Source of the DNA: Chiloscyllium plagiosum
Taxonomy: Eukaryota
NCBI RefSeq assembly: GCF_004010195.1
Contig: NC_057749.1
Span: forward strand, 8,965,787 to 9,029,786
DNA: 64,000 nt
Reading direction: 5' to 3'
The stretch's first letter is position 1; every line of letters starts with the position of its first letter. The notes beneath the pieces were generated by a model. That model ran no database searches. It saw only the letters and a list, made by a program, of their open reading frames with translations, and was not told the DNA's origin. Of the stretch, positions 37,734 through 51,443 are shown in pieces. The translations under genes were made by a program, and so were the position numbers.

Positions 37734-39199
37734 AAGCCCTTGTGGCTGACTTTAACCACGGAATAACTGATTGAAATAAAAATATATAAACAGTTGTTAA
37801 AACAAATTGATGGGTAATGGAAATGACTGAATGACGTAAATGTGACAGGGTAATTTACTCCTATTAGGGATGGTTTTGATTGTTTGTAATCGGTATGTTT
37901 GCACTAAGTTAGCCAAAATAGTTCTGATTGTTTGAAGACTGCAATTCCTTTCCATTTATAGGCAATCATGACGAGCATTTTTACGGCACCTCTTCCTTGC
38001 AGGACTTTCAGAGTACAAAAACAGCGGAGTTTATTGCTAGGGGGATTATACATAAAAGCAAGTGTTGCGACAGCATTATGATCAGCCTCTGACGTAAGCT
38101 GTAACCTCAGTTGTCATGAGAGAGAACGATTGTGGGAAAAATGGATCTAAAGAGCTTACAACAGAAATATCCGCTGCAAATTCCCGATGTAGGGTAAAGT
38201 TGCCATAGCCTTACTGGGCGTAGGGCAGACTGGTGGCGGCTTGACCTGGAGGACACCATACCTCAAGCAACAGGGAGAGACTGAGAAGGAGACACCTTTA
38301 TAGCAACCTCAGTTGGTGTGAGAATTGAACCCACATTGTTAGCATTACTCTACATTAAAAATTCTTCATTGCTAGAGGGATGGAGTTTAAAAACAGGGAG
38401 GTTATGCTGCAGTTGTATAGGCGAAGTCACACCTGGAGTACTGCGTAGTTTTACTCTCTTTACTTGGCAAAGGATGTAGTGGCATTGGAGGGGGTGCAGA
38501 GGAGAGGGAATATGAGCCAAATGCTTGCAAATGGGACCAGATTGAGGGGATGCAGAGGTTCACTAGATTGATTCTGGCGTTGAGAGCGTTGGCTTTTGAT
38601 CTGAACAGCCGAACCCAATCTGCTGGAAGAATAATTATGAACAGTATAGTAAAACATGGCATGTTTGAGAAAGGCAACAAAGTTGATGAGCCTCTGTGAC
38701 CAGCAATAGGGTTAAGTGGAGCAAGCAGCAGTGAGGAAAACTAGAGAATAAAATGATGCCTTTGTATAGTCACTCCATCCTGTGTACACCAATGCATGTC
38801 ACACTAGTGTGCACCATCTACACTGCAGAAGGCTCCTTAGGCAGCACCTTCCAAACGCACAACCTGTGCCTTTAGAGGGACAACCTACACTTCCAAATAA
38901 ACCTGTTGGACTATAACCTGGTGATTTTTAACTAAGAGGGACAAGGGCAGCAGATACATGGGAACACCACTCGCTGCAAGTTCCCTTCTAAGCCACTCAC
39001 CATTCTAATTTGAAAAATTATCGCCATTCCTCCAGTGTCACCAGGTCAAAATCCTGGAACTCCCTCCACCACAGCCCTATGAATGTACCTGCACCAAATG
39101 GACTTCAGTGGCTCAAAAATGCCTCTGCCAGCTCAGTTGGCTGAAAGGCTGGCTTGGAACGCAACATGATGTCAAGAGCATGGGTTCAATTCTTTCACG

Positions 39200-39545
39200 T
39201 AGAGGGCAAATAGTCAAGGTCTTTTCCACAAGATAGGGGAGTCCAAAACTAGAGAGCATAAGTTTAAGGTGAGAGGGGAAAGATATAAGATGGACCTAAG
39301 GGGCAATCTTTTCACACAGAGGATGGCGCATGTATGGAATGAGCTGCCAGAGGAAGTGGTGGAGGCTGATACAATTAAAGCATTTAAAACACATCTGGCT
39401 GGGTATATGAATAGTTAGGGTTTAGAGGATATGGGCCAAGTGCTGGCAAATGGGACTAGATTAATTTAGGATATCTGGTCAGCATGGATGGATTGGACTG
39501 AAGGGTCTGTTTCTGTGTTGTACATGTATGACACTGAATGACTCC
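39200..39545 (+). mobile_element. HER1 LINE 3' end nested in a SINE
   Basis: gtccaaaactagagagcataagtttaaggtgagagggg...ggaatgagctgccagaggaagtgg...gaagggtctgtttctgtgttgtac. Confidence 0.88.
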
Positions 39546-40621
39546 TGCATTGGTTGATGTTACCTTCTCAACTTTGTCAGAAGTGTATTGAGCCACGGGT
39601 TAAATTCACTACCAGACATCTAACTGATGACAGAGTGGAACTGTGACTTTACCTACCATTGCAGCAGTTTTAAACAATTTGAATTGATAAAAGCTAAACT
39701 TAGAAAAACTGTAGCTATTTATTTACCCATTCATAACTACAAGTTTGCAATGAAATCAATTTGGCTAACCTGTAGAAGAATATTTGTAAAGAGATGAGAG
39801 GATGCAGTATCTAATGAAGAATCTCACCCATCCCATGAAAGGCACGTAAACAATAATTTGTTTTATATTTAGCCTCTGCAGGATTCTGAAAAATTGGGAT
39901 TTGATCCAAGGCTGAACTTTCTGTAAGAGATATGAGAAAGAAGGCAAACTTTGAAACCAAAAAGATCATGGGCTCATTGTTACTTGATTCTTATACAGTC
40001 TGTAATTTATGTAAAATTACTGTTTTAAAACAGCCGGCCTGAAATAATCTAGATCTCAAAATCTATGACTTTAGATGCATTACAGAAAGATGATGTTTCC
40101 TTTTCCTGTCCAACTTTCTCCCATTTCCAGAGCACCCTGACACAGTGCCAAATGGACCATTCTTTGTCTGTGAATTCAGTGATTCAGCCTTCATCCAGGC
40201 AATGTCTAATCTGTCCTCTCATGTACTTTATAGTTCCAGGTGGAGGAGAATGTTGGCACTTCTCTCTGCTTTATGTTGCAGAGCTCTCTCTCTCTCTCTC
40301 TCCACCTCCAAACCATCTGAGGTGCTGCTTTGTCATCCTGTGTTTGTGGTGGGAGGGAGCTGAGCCTGTTGTCTTGTTCCTTACCCTGGTTGCACACAGC
40401 AGGACACAGTTGCCACTCGCTCTAACCAGAGCCCCTTATTAAATTACCTGCGGATACAGAGTCATTCAGGACACTGTTCCAACTCTCAAGTTTCTGAAAA
40501 TGCGTCATCCGGAGGCTGGCTTGTCCTATAAATCTGGAGAGTTTTTTTTCTCCACATGATGTGTAAAATCGGGAACTCCATGCATCCAGCCTGCTCCCCG
40601 CTTTTCTGAGATTCCTTTCAG

Positions 40622-40657
40622 ATGAGGATAATTCTGCAGAGCCTTTTGCGTGCGACA
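40622..40657 (+). CDS. Candidate 36-nt coding micro-exon of an unidentified gene
   Basis: Pyrimidine-rich acceptor cttttctgagattcctttcag| and donor ACA|gtaagt; length is a multiple of 3; open in phase 1 (xEDNSAEPFACD) and phase 0 (MRIILQSLLRAT); repeat-free context. Confidence 0.45.
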
Positions 40658-41979
40658 GTAAGTCTAACTCTCACTTTTACCTCGCTATCCTTCTTCAGGG
40701 CATTATCTGATTGTTTTTCCTTTAAGGGGTTATTACCTTACAGCTTAACAGAAATGTACACCAGAGAAAGAGGGCATTCAGCCCATCCTGGCTGTGACAT
40801 CCACTAGCCACCTCATCCCACTTGGCTCCTTACCCTTGTAGCTTTTTCTTCGTTAAATATCCCTGGACCTTTTTTCTTTTCGCCCAAAAGTTTATTGCCT
40901 CCACCAACCTTTCAAACAGCTCCCTGCCATCCTCAAATCTTACAGTCTAAATCCGTGTGTGATATCAGGGAAGCCAAGAGTCTGATAATGGGGATTGCAC
41001 TTTCTAAAATACAATCCTTGTTGTAAAAGCTGGTGGATCCTCATAGATCTGCCGAGACGGTGCAGTTCTTTCAATGAACACGCCCCGTGGTCCAGGATAA
41101 TCGGTACAACCCAAGTTAGGAAGTTTCCGATGCTCCGTGGGCACTGCCCGAAGGTGGACCCTCTCACCCAGACCCTACTCCCTCAGTCTGAAGTCGTCCT
41201 TACCTGATTGGCTGGCCAGGAAATGATGGAAAAGTTCAAATCGACTCATAACTCCTGCGTAACTGTGGAATTTAGTCCCCTTAGCAGATGCGTTTCCTTC
41301 CTTTAAGTTTTTTTTCCGCTTGAGAATTGGTGTCTAGTTTATGCAAAGCTGCGAGAAAGGGAATTAAAGGGGAGATTATGACGATCAGAGGACAGGGACT
41401 GTTTGCCCCATGGAATCCCTACTGTGCAGAAAGATGTCTTTAGGACCATCTATATCAACACCCCCAAAGAGCACCCCAGCCAGATCCTCCCATGCTTTTA
41501 CCTGGCACTTGCCATGGCTAACCCACCTAGCCTATACGTCCCTGCACGCTCTGGCTAATTTAGCATGACCACACCACCCTAACCTGCACATCTTTGGACT
41601 GTGGGAGGAAACTGGAGCACCCAGAGGAAACTCATGCTGACACAGAGAGAACATGCAAACTCCATACAGTCTGCCAAGGGTGGAATCAAACCCACGTCCC
41701 TGGTGCTGTGAGGCCACAGTGCTAATTACTGAATCACTGCGCTGTCCACCTGGATGATGCTTCCAATGAGTTTCATGAGCAGCAAAAGATTATTCAAACT
41801 GCCTATTAAATTATCTTACTTTTCTTTGCCTTCACCACCCTTATGAAGAAGGCTATGAGCTGGTAACTAGCTCAGTTGGTAGAGCTCTCACCTTTGAACT
41901 CCAATGCTAGTGAGAATAAGCACAAAGTAAAGGTTAGCATTGCAGTGTAGTATTGAGGCTATTCTGGATGAGAGGCTAT

Positions 41980-42283
41980 TCTGTGAGGCGCTGCCTCACA
42001 GCGCCTGAGGCCCGGGTTCAATTCCCACCTCAGGCGACTGACTGTGTGGAGTTTGCACGTTCTCCCCGTGTCTGCGTGGGTTTCCTCCGGGTGCTCCGGT
42101 TTCCTCCCACGGTCCAAAGATGTGCAGGTCGGGTGAATTGGCCATGCTAAATTGCCCGTAGTGTTAGGTAAGGGGTAAATGTAGGGGTATGGGTGGGTTG
42201 CGCTTCGGCGGGTCGGTGTGGACTTGTTGGGCTGAAGGGCCTGTTTCCACACTGTAATGTAATGTAATCTAATCTAATCTAAA
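41980..42283 (+). mobile_element. HE1 SINE, young subfamily, 5' truncated
   Basis: CpG-rich, with a (gtaat)n(ctaat)n tail. Confidence 0.93.
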
Positions 42284-42662
42284 AAAACATGTACAAACAG
42301 ATCTTAAACCGAGGCCTTGCCTGCTCTCCCTGGTAGGTGTACAAGATTCCATAGCATTATCTTCAAGAAGAGAAATTGTACTCAATATTTATTTCTCAGT
42401 CAACATGGCAAATGTTTGAACTTTCAACTTATATTTCATTATTTTTCTACTTAAAACTAAGAAGATCTGCAAATTTAACCTTATTTTGTATGTTTTACAC
42501 TATACGATAATTACTGCAACGTTTAACTTTTAACTTTGTTCTTCCTTGTACCTGCAATGGTGGCTTGTGTGGGACATTATACATTTTTCACCAGACTCCT
42601 GTACCTTGAGTACATGTTACAATAGAATCTAAATCAAATCAATCGATCAATCAAACAGATGA

Positions 42663-42911
42663 GACAAAAAACAGAAATTGTTGAAAAAGCTCAGCAGGTC
42701 TGGCAGCATCTGTGGAGAGAAATTAACATTTCGGCCGAGTGATCCTTCCTTCTAAGGAACTGAGGAAGGGTCTGCGTTCTGAGGAAGGGTCGCTGGACCC
42801 GAAAAATTAACTCTTGCTTTCTCTCCACAGATGCTGCCAGACCTGCTGAGCTTTTGTGACAATTCCTACTTTTATCTCTGATTTACAGCTGCCGCAGTTC
42901 AATTGGTTTTT
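42663..42911. mobile_element. PLE family C inverted-repeat insertion
   Basis: Arms at about 42665-42755 and 42777-42870; ctgaggaagggtcgctggacccgaaa at 42779; 14-bp TSD aatcaaacagatga at 42649-42662 and 42912-42925. Confidence 0.8.
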
Positions 42912-44554
42912 AATCAAACAGATGATGTGGTAATTATATTGTTGTTTTGGGTGGTCCTCCTGTCTATAAGTTGGCAGACTCTGTTTCCCATCTTACAACA
43001 CCTCAGAAATAGTTTGTTTTGGCTGTGTAGTTGTGTTGGATGTCCTGAGGTTGTGAAAGGTGCTGCATTAATATAAATAATTGCTTCCTTTTTTACCCAA
43101 ATATCTCAACAATCAAATGTAATAAATATTTTGAACCAGTGGGTGGATCTCTCCAGATATTGCTGTGTGTAATCAGGTAATTTTAGCCTTGTGTGTTATT
43201 TGTGTACACAGCACACAAATATAAGGAAATCATAATGCAGTCAGTGAGCAGTTTATGTGCTCAAAGGTACCCTGCCAGTGTAAAAGATTGTTTGACCTTT
43301 ACATTGTAAGGATTCTGTGGTGCGTAGAACATTCATAGAGTTCAGGTATAACAGGGAAGCTCCCGCGCTCATTCGTTCACATGTTGAAGTCCACATTCTG
43401 TATAAGGTTCCAAAGAAGCTGGACTCAAAAATTTAACTCTGTTTCTCTCTCCACAGATGCTGCCAGACTTGCTGAGTTTCTCCTGCATGTTCCATTATTA
43501 TTTCAGCTTTCTGGCATCTGCAGTATTTTATGTTTATTCCACATACCGTCTTCCTCTCTGACATCACTTCCCAGGAACTCCAAAATGTAGAATTCCGTAC
43601 TTCCTCCAGTGTGTCTCTCGTCCTGGATATGGTGAAATACCAGGGAAAGGGGCTGGCCAAACCAACAAAACCTCCCCCCTTCCAACCAGCTATCCCATCA
43701 AACCGACTGTACGCTGTCCATTTGAAGACTCAGTCTCCTAGTGGGTTTAGTTATGACTATCTCTTGAAGGCAACAACACCAACATTGTCTGAACTCTATG
43801 AATGCTCTACGCACCACAGAATCCTTACAATGTGAAGCAGGCCATTTGGCCCATCAGATCGACACTGACCTTCCAGAGAGCATCCCCACATAGACCCAAC
43901 CCCCTTGTAACCCTGCATTTCCTACAACTAACCCATCCAGTCTGCCCATCTTTAGATCACATGAGGAAACCCACACAGACGTAGGGAGAATGTGTAAACT
44001 CCACAGAGACAGTCGCCTGAGGGTAGAATCAAACCCATGTCCCTAGTGCTGTGAGGCAGCAATTCTAACCACCATGCCATCACAGAGACAAATAATACAT
44101 CACCTCCCTTCATATAGATCACTAAGTCAAAACCTGGCACTATTAGGTAGAGCTCTGAGGGCCAAAGGCATCAAAAGGTATGGGGACAATGTGGGAGTAG
44201 GGGCTGAACAGGATAATAGCCATAATCCTATTCAGTCCTCAAGGGTCCATTTGCTTGATCTTGCTGCTATTTTCTATGTTTCCTATGCTCCTGACTCCCT
44301 TAGTGACAGCCTTGTCAGTGTTAGCCACATCAACTGGACTGATATGATTCAACAAGGTGGATCACCTCCTCAAGGACAATGAGGCCCAGCTGGTCTAGCC
44401 AGGGACACTGTCCAATTTTTTAAAACATCTCTAAACAGACAAGTTTTGACCAGCAACTTTCAGAATACATTCAACGTTTTAACACCACATTCAGCTGTTG
44501 TTATAGAAGACAATGGCTTCAGGAACATAAATAGAAACTCAATGAACGGCAACT

Positions 44555-45345
44555 AGATAAATGCGAGGTGCTGCATTTTGGAAAAGCAAATCAGAGTAGG
44601 ACTTATTCACTTAATGATAAGGTCCTGGAGAGTGTTGCTGAACAAAGAGACCTTGGAGAGCAGGTTTCATAGTTCCTTGAAAGTAGAGTTGCAGATAGAT
44701 AGTGAAAAAGGTGTTTGGTATGCTTTCCTTTATTGGTCAGTGCATTGAGTCCAGGAGTTGGGAGATCATGTTGTAGCTGTACAGGACATTGGTTAGGCCA
44801 CTTTTGGTATATTGTGTGCAATTCTGGTCTCTCTCTTTTAGGAAGGATGTTGTTAAACTTGAAAGGGTTCAGAAAAGATTTACAAGGATGTTGCCAGGGT
44901 TGGAGGGTTTGAGCTATAGGGAGAGGTTGAACAGGCTAGGGCTGTTTTCTCTGGAGCGTCAGAGGCTGAGGGGTGACCTCACAGAGGTTTATAAAATCAT
45001 GAAGGGCATGGATAGGGTAAATAAACAAGGTCTTTTCCCTTCGGGTGGAGGAGTCCAGAACTCGAGGGCATAGGTTTAGGGGGTGAGGGGAAAGATATAA
45101 AAGAGACCTAAGGGGCTCAGAGGGTGGTACGTGTATGGAATGAGCTGCCAGAGGAAGTGGTGGAGGCTGGTACAATTGCAATATTTAAAAGGCATCGGGA
45201 TGGTTATATGAATAGGAAGGGTTTGGAGGGATATGGGCCAAGTGCTGGCAAATGGGATGAGATTAGGTTGGGATATCTGGTCGGCAAGGACAAGTTGGAC
45301 TGAAGGGTCTGTTTCTGTGCTGTACACCTCTATGACTCTGACTCA
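44555..45345 (+). mobile_element. HER1/CR1 LINE 3' fragment
   Basis: KCEVLHFGK...; ORF 44789-45073 VRPLLVYCVQFWS...LERVQKRFTRMLPGLEGLSYRERLNRLGLFSLERQRLRGDL. Confidence 0.95.
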
Positions 45346-46260
45346 ATGATCTCCTCACAAAAATTATCTGATTTCCAGTGACATTTGCAGCATGCTTACT
45401 GTCCATCCCTAATAGAGAAAGTCTTAGAGATGAACACAGAAACAAACCCTCCAGTCCAACTTGCTCATGCCAACCAGATATCCTAAATTAATCTAGTACC
45501 ATTTTCTTAAATATCTCCATATTTAAGAAAGGATATATCAGCATAGGGAGGAATTCAAAAGAGATTCACTAGACTGATTCCTGGGATGAAGAGGGTGATT
45601 TATCAAGAATGGCTAAACTGGTTCGACCTTTATTCATTAGCATTTAGAAGAATGAGCGGTGATCTTATTGAAACATAGAAGATTCTGAGGGGGGTGTTGG
45701 GATAGATATTAGTCAGGGACATGAAACTATGGGATGTAGCTACACAATGTGCGGGCACTCAGTTAGCACAAAGATACAAAGAATTGTCTCCTCCCAGGTG
45801 TCACTGAATATCCGCAGAGTTGAGAAATTACATTCTGTATGGAAATAGATGGATAAGAAAATTCCAGGCAACTTTTCCGAAAGATCAGAAGAAAGACCTC
45901 AGCCAGTCATTGGAATTTTAGGAATAGGAGCAGAGTAGGACATTCAGCCCCTCTATTGTGCTCTGCTAGCCAAAACGATTACGGTTGATCTGATTAACTC
46001 AACTGTCTCTCTTGTCTCCCCTCCACGTTTGAGTCCCATGTCAATCCAAAATCTGACCGCCTCCTCTATGAATATATTCAATGACTTAGCCTCCACTTCT
46101 GCCCAGAGGGAAATAATTCTGAAGATTAGATTAGGTTCTCTACAGCATGGATACAGCCTGTTTGGCCCAACAAGTCCACACCAACTCTCTGAAGGATAAC
46201 CCGCCCAGACCCATTTCATTCTGAATAATGCACCGAACACTATGTGCAATTTAGCATGGC

Positions 46261-46596
46261 CAATTCACCTGGCCTGCGATTCACCTGGCCTGCAATTCAC
46301 CTGGCGTGCAACTCACCTGGCCTGCAACTCACCTGGCCTGCAACTCACCTGGCCTGCAATTCACCTGGCGTGCAACTCACCTGGCCTGCAACTCACCTGG
46401 CCTGCAATTCACCTGGCCTGCAATTCACCTGGCGTGCAATTCACCTGGCCTGCAACTCACCTGGCCTGCAACTCACCTGGCCTGCAATTCACCTGGCCTG
46501 CAACTCACCTGGCCTGCAACTCACCTGGCCTGCAATTCACCTGAACGCAACTCACCTGGCCTGCAATTCACCTGGCCTGCAACTCACCTGGCCTGC
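46261..46596. repeat. 16-bp minisatellite caa(c/t)tcacctggc(c/g)tg, about 21 copies, inside an antisense HE1 SINE (46125-46760)
   Basis: Head-to-tail units with no spacers, expanded from the SINE segment caattcacctgacctg. Confidence 0.95.
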
Positions 46597-47368
46597 ACAT
46601 CTTTTGGGCTGTGGGAGGAAACTGGAGCAAACCCATGCAGACACAGGGAGAATGTGCAAACTACACACAGACAGTTGCCCGAGGCTGAAATTGAACCCAG
46701 GTCCCTAGCACTGTGAGACAGCAGTGCTAACCACTGAACCACCAAACCACCGTGCCACCTCTAATTAACTAGTAACCACTGGAAGACAAGAAATTCCTCC
46801 TCATCTTTGTCTTAAAAGGGAGGTCCCTTATTTTGAAAGGCTACAAGAACGGATTTGCAAGAGATGAATAAAGCACAGGGTTATCCGATGTACCAACAAC
46901 ACACAGCCCATAAAATCCCTGCTTTTGTTTTGACAGCTAATGCAGCAACAGCGAGGGTTGACTCACATCCAATACATTAATTAATAACCCTGCAATGACA
47001 TTTCTCTTTAATGCTGGCCAGAATTGCTAATTGCATTGGAATAGCTCGTCAGTGAAGCATTCAGGAGAAAACTCAAAGTGGAGCAACCTTTGATTTCGAG
47101 TGAGGAGATAACACATTCAGAGAGATGAATCGAGTTGACATGAAAGACAATTGGTGCAGCTGATGATGTGGCCCAACACATGATGTGCAGGTGTAACATT
47201 TGCTCATCTTATTATTGCGTATCAGAAACGTTTGAACATCCTGCCACAGATTCAGATTGACACCCATCCCCACATTTAACACTTTAAGTGCCAGTGTCGC
47301 TTTTCCTTTCAAGATAGAAAATAGTAAAGATTCAAATAATACCAGAGCAAGTTTTGCATTTATGTAGC

Positions 47369-47548
47369 CCGAAAAGTGTGGCGCTGGAAAAGCACAGCAG
47401 GTCAGGCAGCATCTGAGGAGAATCGACTTTTTGGGCATCAGCCCTTCATCAGGAAGTTTTCCTGCTCCTAGGATGCTGCCTGACCTGATGTGCTTTTCCA
47501 GCGCCACACTTTTTGACCCTGATCTCCAGTCCTCACTTTCTCGTAGTC
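47369..47548. mobile_element. PLE family A inverted insertion
   Basis: Arms fold back at about 47455; TSD gcatttatgtagc (47356-47368) / gcatttatttagc (47549-47561). Confidence 0.8.
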
Positions 47549-48323
47549 GCATTTATTTAGCACCTCTCAAGATCAAGCACTTTTCGAGCTTTTGCAGTGC
47601 CGTCACTGTCCTACTGTAGGAACCACGACACCTGATATGCACATAGCAAGTTTCCAGCTGTCAATCAACAGGGAGGTTGCTGCCTGTGGGACAAATGTAT
47701 GCTCAGACTCAAAAATTGCTGGAGAAACTGGAGTTAACATTTCCACTGACCTTTCAATCTGGACTCACAATGTTAACTCAGCTTTCTTTTTGCAGGTGCT
47801 GCAAGGCTTGCAGAGTTTCTCCAGCAATTTCTGCTTTTGTTTCATGGAAGCCCTACAGTGTGGAAGCAGGCCATTCTGCCCATCAAGCCCACACTGTTTC
47901 TTTGAAGAGCATCCCACCCCCTACCCTATCCCTGCATTTCCCATCTACACATCCCCAGACACTACGGGCAATTTAGCATGGTCCCTCCACCGAACTGCAC
48001 ACGTGGGAAGAAACCAGAGCAAACCCGTGCAGACACGGGGAGAATGTGCAAACTCCACACAGACAGTCACCTGAGGTGGGAATCAAACCTGGGACCCTGG
48101 CGCTGTGAGGCAGCAGATGCTAACCACTGAGCCACCACACTTCAGACCTTTAGCATCCACAGTTCTTTCTTTGAATCGCCTGAGCTCCCTGGCTTTTGTT
48201 TACATAGCGCCAATGGATTTTTTACAGCTGACCTGAAAGGATAGACTGTGTGCCTTGGATTAACATTTGTTCCAAAGGGCATATCTTCAGACAGGGTCTC
48301 TAACCGTGATCCTACTCATCTGA

Positions 48324-48637
48324 TTTAGATTAGATTACTTACAGTGTGGAAACAGGCCCTTCGGCCCAACAAGTCCACACCGACCCGCCGAAGCGTAACC
48401 CACCCATACCCCTACATTTACCCCTTTACCTAACACTACGGGCAATTTAGCATGGCCAATTCACCTGACTTGCACAGCTTTGGACTGTGGGAGGAAACCG
48501 GAGCCCCCGGAGGAAACCCACGCAGACACAGGGAGAATGTGCAAACTCCACACAGTCAGTCGCCTGAGTCGGGAATTGAACCCGGGTCTCTGGCGCTGCG
48601 AGGCAGCAGTGCTAACCACTGAGCCACCGTGCCGCCC
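48324..48637 (-). mobile_element. HE1 SINE, young subfamily, full length
   Basis: Intact tRNA-like A and B boxes and (tctaa)n tail. Confidence 0.95.
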
Positions 48638-48863
48638 ACGAGGAGACGAAGCTAGCCACAGCACCATGTTCACACTTTATCAGACCCCCTTCCTGCCTAT
48701 TTTTAATCACTGCCTCTTTTCTCATATTTCCCTGGATAACGAGATTGACTCCAGATATCAGGGGTTTGTCTATAGAAGAGAGATTAAGCAGGTTAGGTCT
48801 GTACCCTCTGGAGGTTAAAAGAATGAGAGGAGATCTAATTGAGGTATGTGAGACACTCGTGGG

Positions 48864-49545
48864 GATTGAATTGAATTTATTATCACGTGTACCAAGGCAC
48901 AGTGAAAAGCTTTGTCTTGTGAGCAATACAGGCAGATCACAGAGTTAGGTAGCAGATAGTAAATAATAGGTAAGCAGTGGAAAAAACACAGGTAAGGGCA
49001 AATGTTCAGAGTTTCAGAGTCCAATCAGTATTCTAACAACAGTCGGGTAGAAATTGTTTTGAAACCAGCTGGTGTGTGTGTTCAGGCTTCTGTACCTTCT
49101 CCCCGATGGTAGAGGTTGTAGAAAAACATTGCCAGGGTGGGATAGATCTTTGAGAATGCTGGCAGCCTTTCCTTGACAGCAGGCCTGGTAGATGGACTCA
49201 ATAGATGGGAGGTTGGCCTTTGTGATTGTCCAGGTCGAGTTCACCGCTCTCTGTAACCATCTCTGGTACAGTTGCCATACTAGGAAGTGATACATCCAGA
49301 CAGAATGCTCTCAATGCCGCATCCATAAAAGTTGGCAAGGGTATTCGCCATCATGCCAAATTTCCTCAGCTGCCTGAGGAAGAAGAGATGTTGTTGGGCC
49401 TTTGTAACCAGTGCGACCACATGAAGAGTCCAAGAATGCTTGTTGTAGATGATCACTCCCAGGAGCTTGACACTCTCCACTCGTTCCACCTCTGTGCTGT
49501 TAATGTGTAGGGGGCATGAATAACATCCCGCCGAAAGTCAATAAT
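48864..49545 (-). mobile_element. Rex1/Babar LINE 3' fragment nested in a CR1 fragment (48740-49885)
   Basis: ERVESVKLLGV...KAQQHLFFLRQLRKF...FYGCGIESILSGCIT and LPSIESIY...AASILKDLSHPG...LPSGRRYRS...NNFYP are Rex1 C-terminal motifs; tail aataaattcaattcaat; gattga on both flanks. Confidence 0.9.
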
Positions 49546-50579
49546 GATTGACAAAGTTGATGTAGAGAGGATATTTTCACTTATGGGGCAATCTGGAACG
49601 AGAGGTCATAGTTTGAGGAGAAGGGTTAGCAGAGATCAGGATGAGTTCCTCTCTCCAAGGGTAGAAATCACTGCCCCAGAATACGGTGGATGCCGGATCA
49701 TTGAGTAAATTTATGGAGGAGGTGGGCAGATAGTAATGGGTGGGAAGGGATATGGAGACCGGGCAGGAAGGTGGAGTTGAGGCCAGGATGAAATCGGCCA
49801 TGATCGTGCTGAGTGGAGTGGAGGAACTAGAGGGGCTGTATTACCTCCTCCTTCCTCTAATTCTTCTGTCCTTATGTTCTGTATTTCACACATTACCCAG
49901 CCTACAGGCACGCTGGCATGCAAGCTGCGTGGGAGATGCTGGTTGAATTGCCAACTCTTACTGTCACCCCCCCCCCCCCCCCCAACAGCTTGGCAAATGC
50001 ATGGGAATTATGGCAGAAATTAGAATCTTAACTATGACTAACAGCAATCTTTCACAACTGGAATAGAAGCCTTCAAACAAGACTTACCTTATGTAGGGTG
50101 AAAGCGAAATACTGCGATTGCTGAAGATCAGAAATAAAAACGGGAAGTGCTACAGAAACACATGATACTCGGACTCTGTTCCTCCCTCAGGCCTTTCTTC
50201 AGCACTTTCTGTTTATGCTAACTTACTGAGGATCCAACTTTCTGAACTATTCAACTCTGAATTAACATATTTTTCAGATCTCTTGTTTCCCAGTTCACTG
50301 TGGGAAACAACAGCGGCACCTCCTAGTTATTTTCTCCATCTGTTTTAAGCCCATTCTGTCTCCCATATGCTGCTGCTGCCAATTGCAACCATTTCCCTCT
50401 GGATCCATGATGATATTTCATGCTTTATTCCTGGCAGGGCTGTGTTTGACTGTGCATCAACATGTAGTAGGTGCCATGGACTCTTGTGATGTAATGGTAA
50501 TGGAGGTCTGTATTCGAGTCCAGAGGTGTGCCATGTTCGAACAGGTTGGTGAACAATATTGAAAGTAGGTGTCAGTGAG

Positions 50580-51180
50580 TTATAGAGTCACAGAGATGTA
50601 CGACATGGAAACAGACCCCCTTGGTCCAACTCGTCCATGCTGACCAGATATCCGAAATTAATCTAGTCCCATTTGCCAGCATTTGGCCCGTATCCCTCTG
50701 AACCCTTCCTATTCATGTCCCCATCCAGATGCCACTTAAATGTTGTAATTGTACCAGCCTCCACTACTTCATCTGGCTGCTCATTCCATACATGCACCAC
50801 CCTCTGTGTGAAAAAGTTCCCCCTTACTTTCATTTTACAACTTTTCCCTCTCCCCCTTAAACCTATGCCACCTAGTTTTGGACATCCCTATCCTGGGACA
50901 AATACCTTGTCTATTCACACTATCCATGCCCCTCATGATTTTATAACCTCTGTAAGGTCACCCCTCAGCCTCCAGTGCTTCAGGGAAAATAGTCTCAGCC
51001 TATCCAGCCTCCCAAGTCCTCCAACTTGGCAACATCCTTGTAAATCCTTTCGGAACCATTTTAGGTTTCACAACATCTTTCCTATAGCAGGGAGCCCAGA
51101 ATTGAACGTGGTATTCCAATAGTGGCCTAACTAATATCCTATACAGCCACAACATAACCTCCCAATTCTTATACTCAGTT
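50580..51180 (-). mobile_element. HER1/CR1 LINE 3' fragment
   Basis: LYRILVRPLLEYHVQFWAPCYRKDVVK...FTRMLP and the HER1 3' UTR. Confidence 0.9.
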
Positions 51181-51443
51181 TGGCAGTGCATTTTCCATCA
51201 CAACCCACTTGTATATTCATTAACTTGGACATGACATATGGAAGGAATGTACATTAGGTTGCCTACTCACCCTCAACCACTTTATATTATTGGACAGCAC
51301 CAAAATATACTTGAGTACTCTCTCTCTCTCTCTTCCACATTCCTATTTACTCCTCCAGGGTTCCCAAGCTCCAGATTTTGCTGCTCAGCCTTTTTCTGCA
51401 TTTGTTCAGTGAGAAAAATCAGGGATGAGTCTGGAAGGTGAGT

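Noticed and set aside
41195..41230. Minus-strand donor (CAG|gtaagg) near a CpG-retaining patch
   Set aside because: No matching acceptor or reading frame found upstream on that strand.
46261..46596. CRISPR-like array
   Set aside because: Units are head-to-tail with no unique spacers, derive from a SINE and lie in a vertebrate genome with no cas genes.
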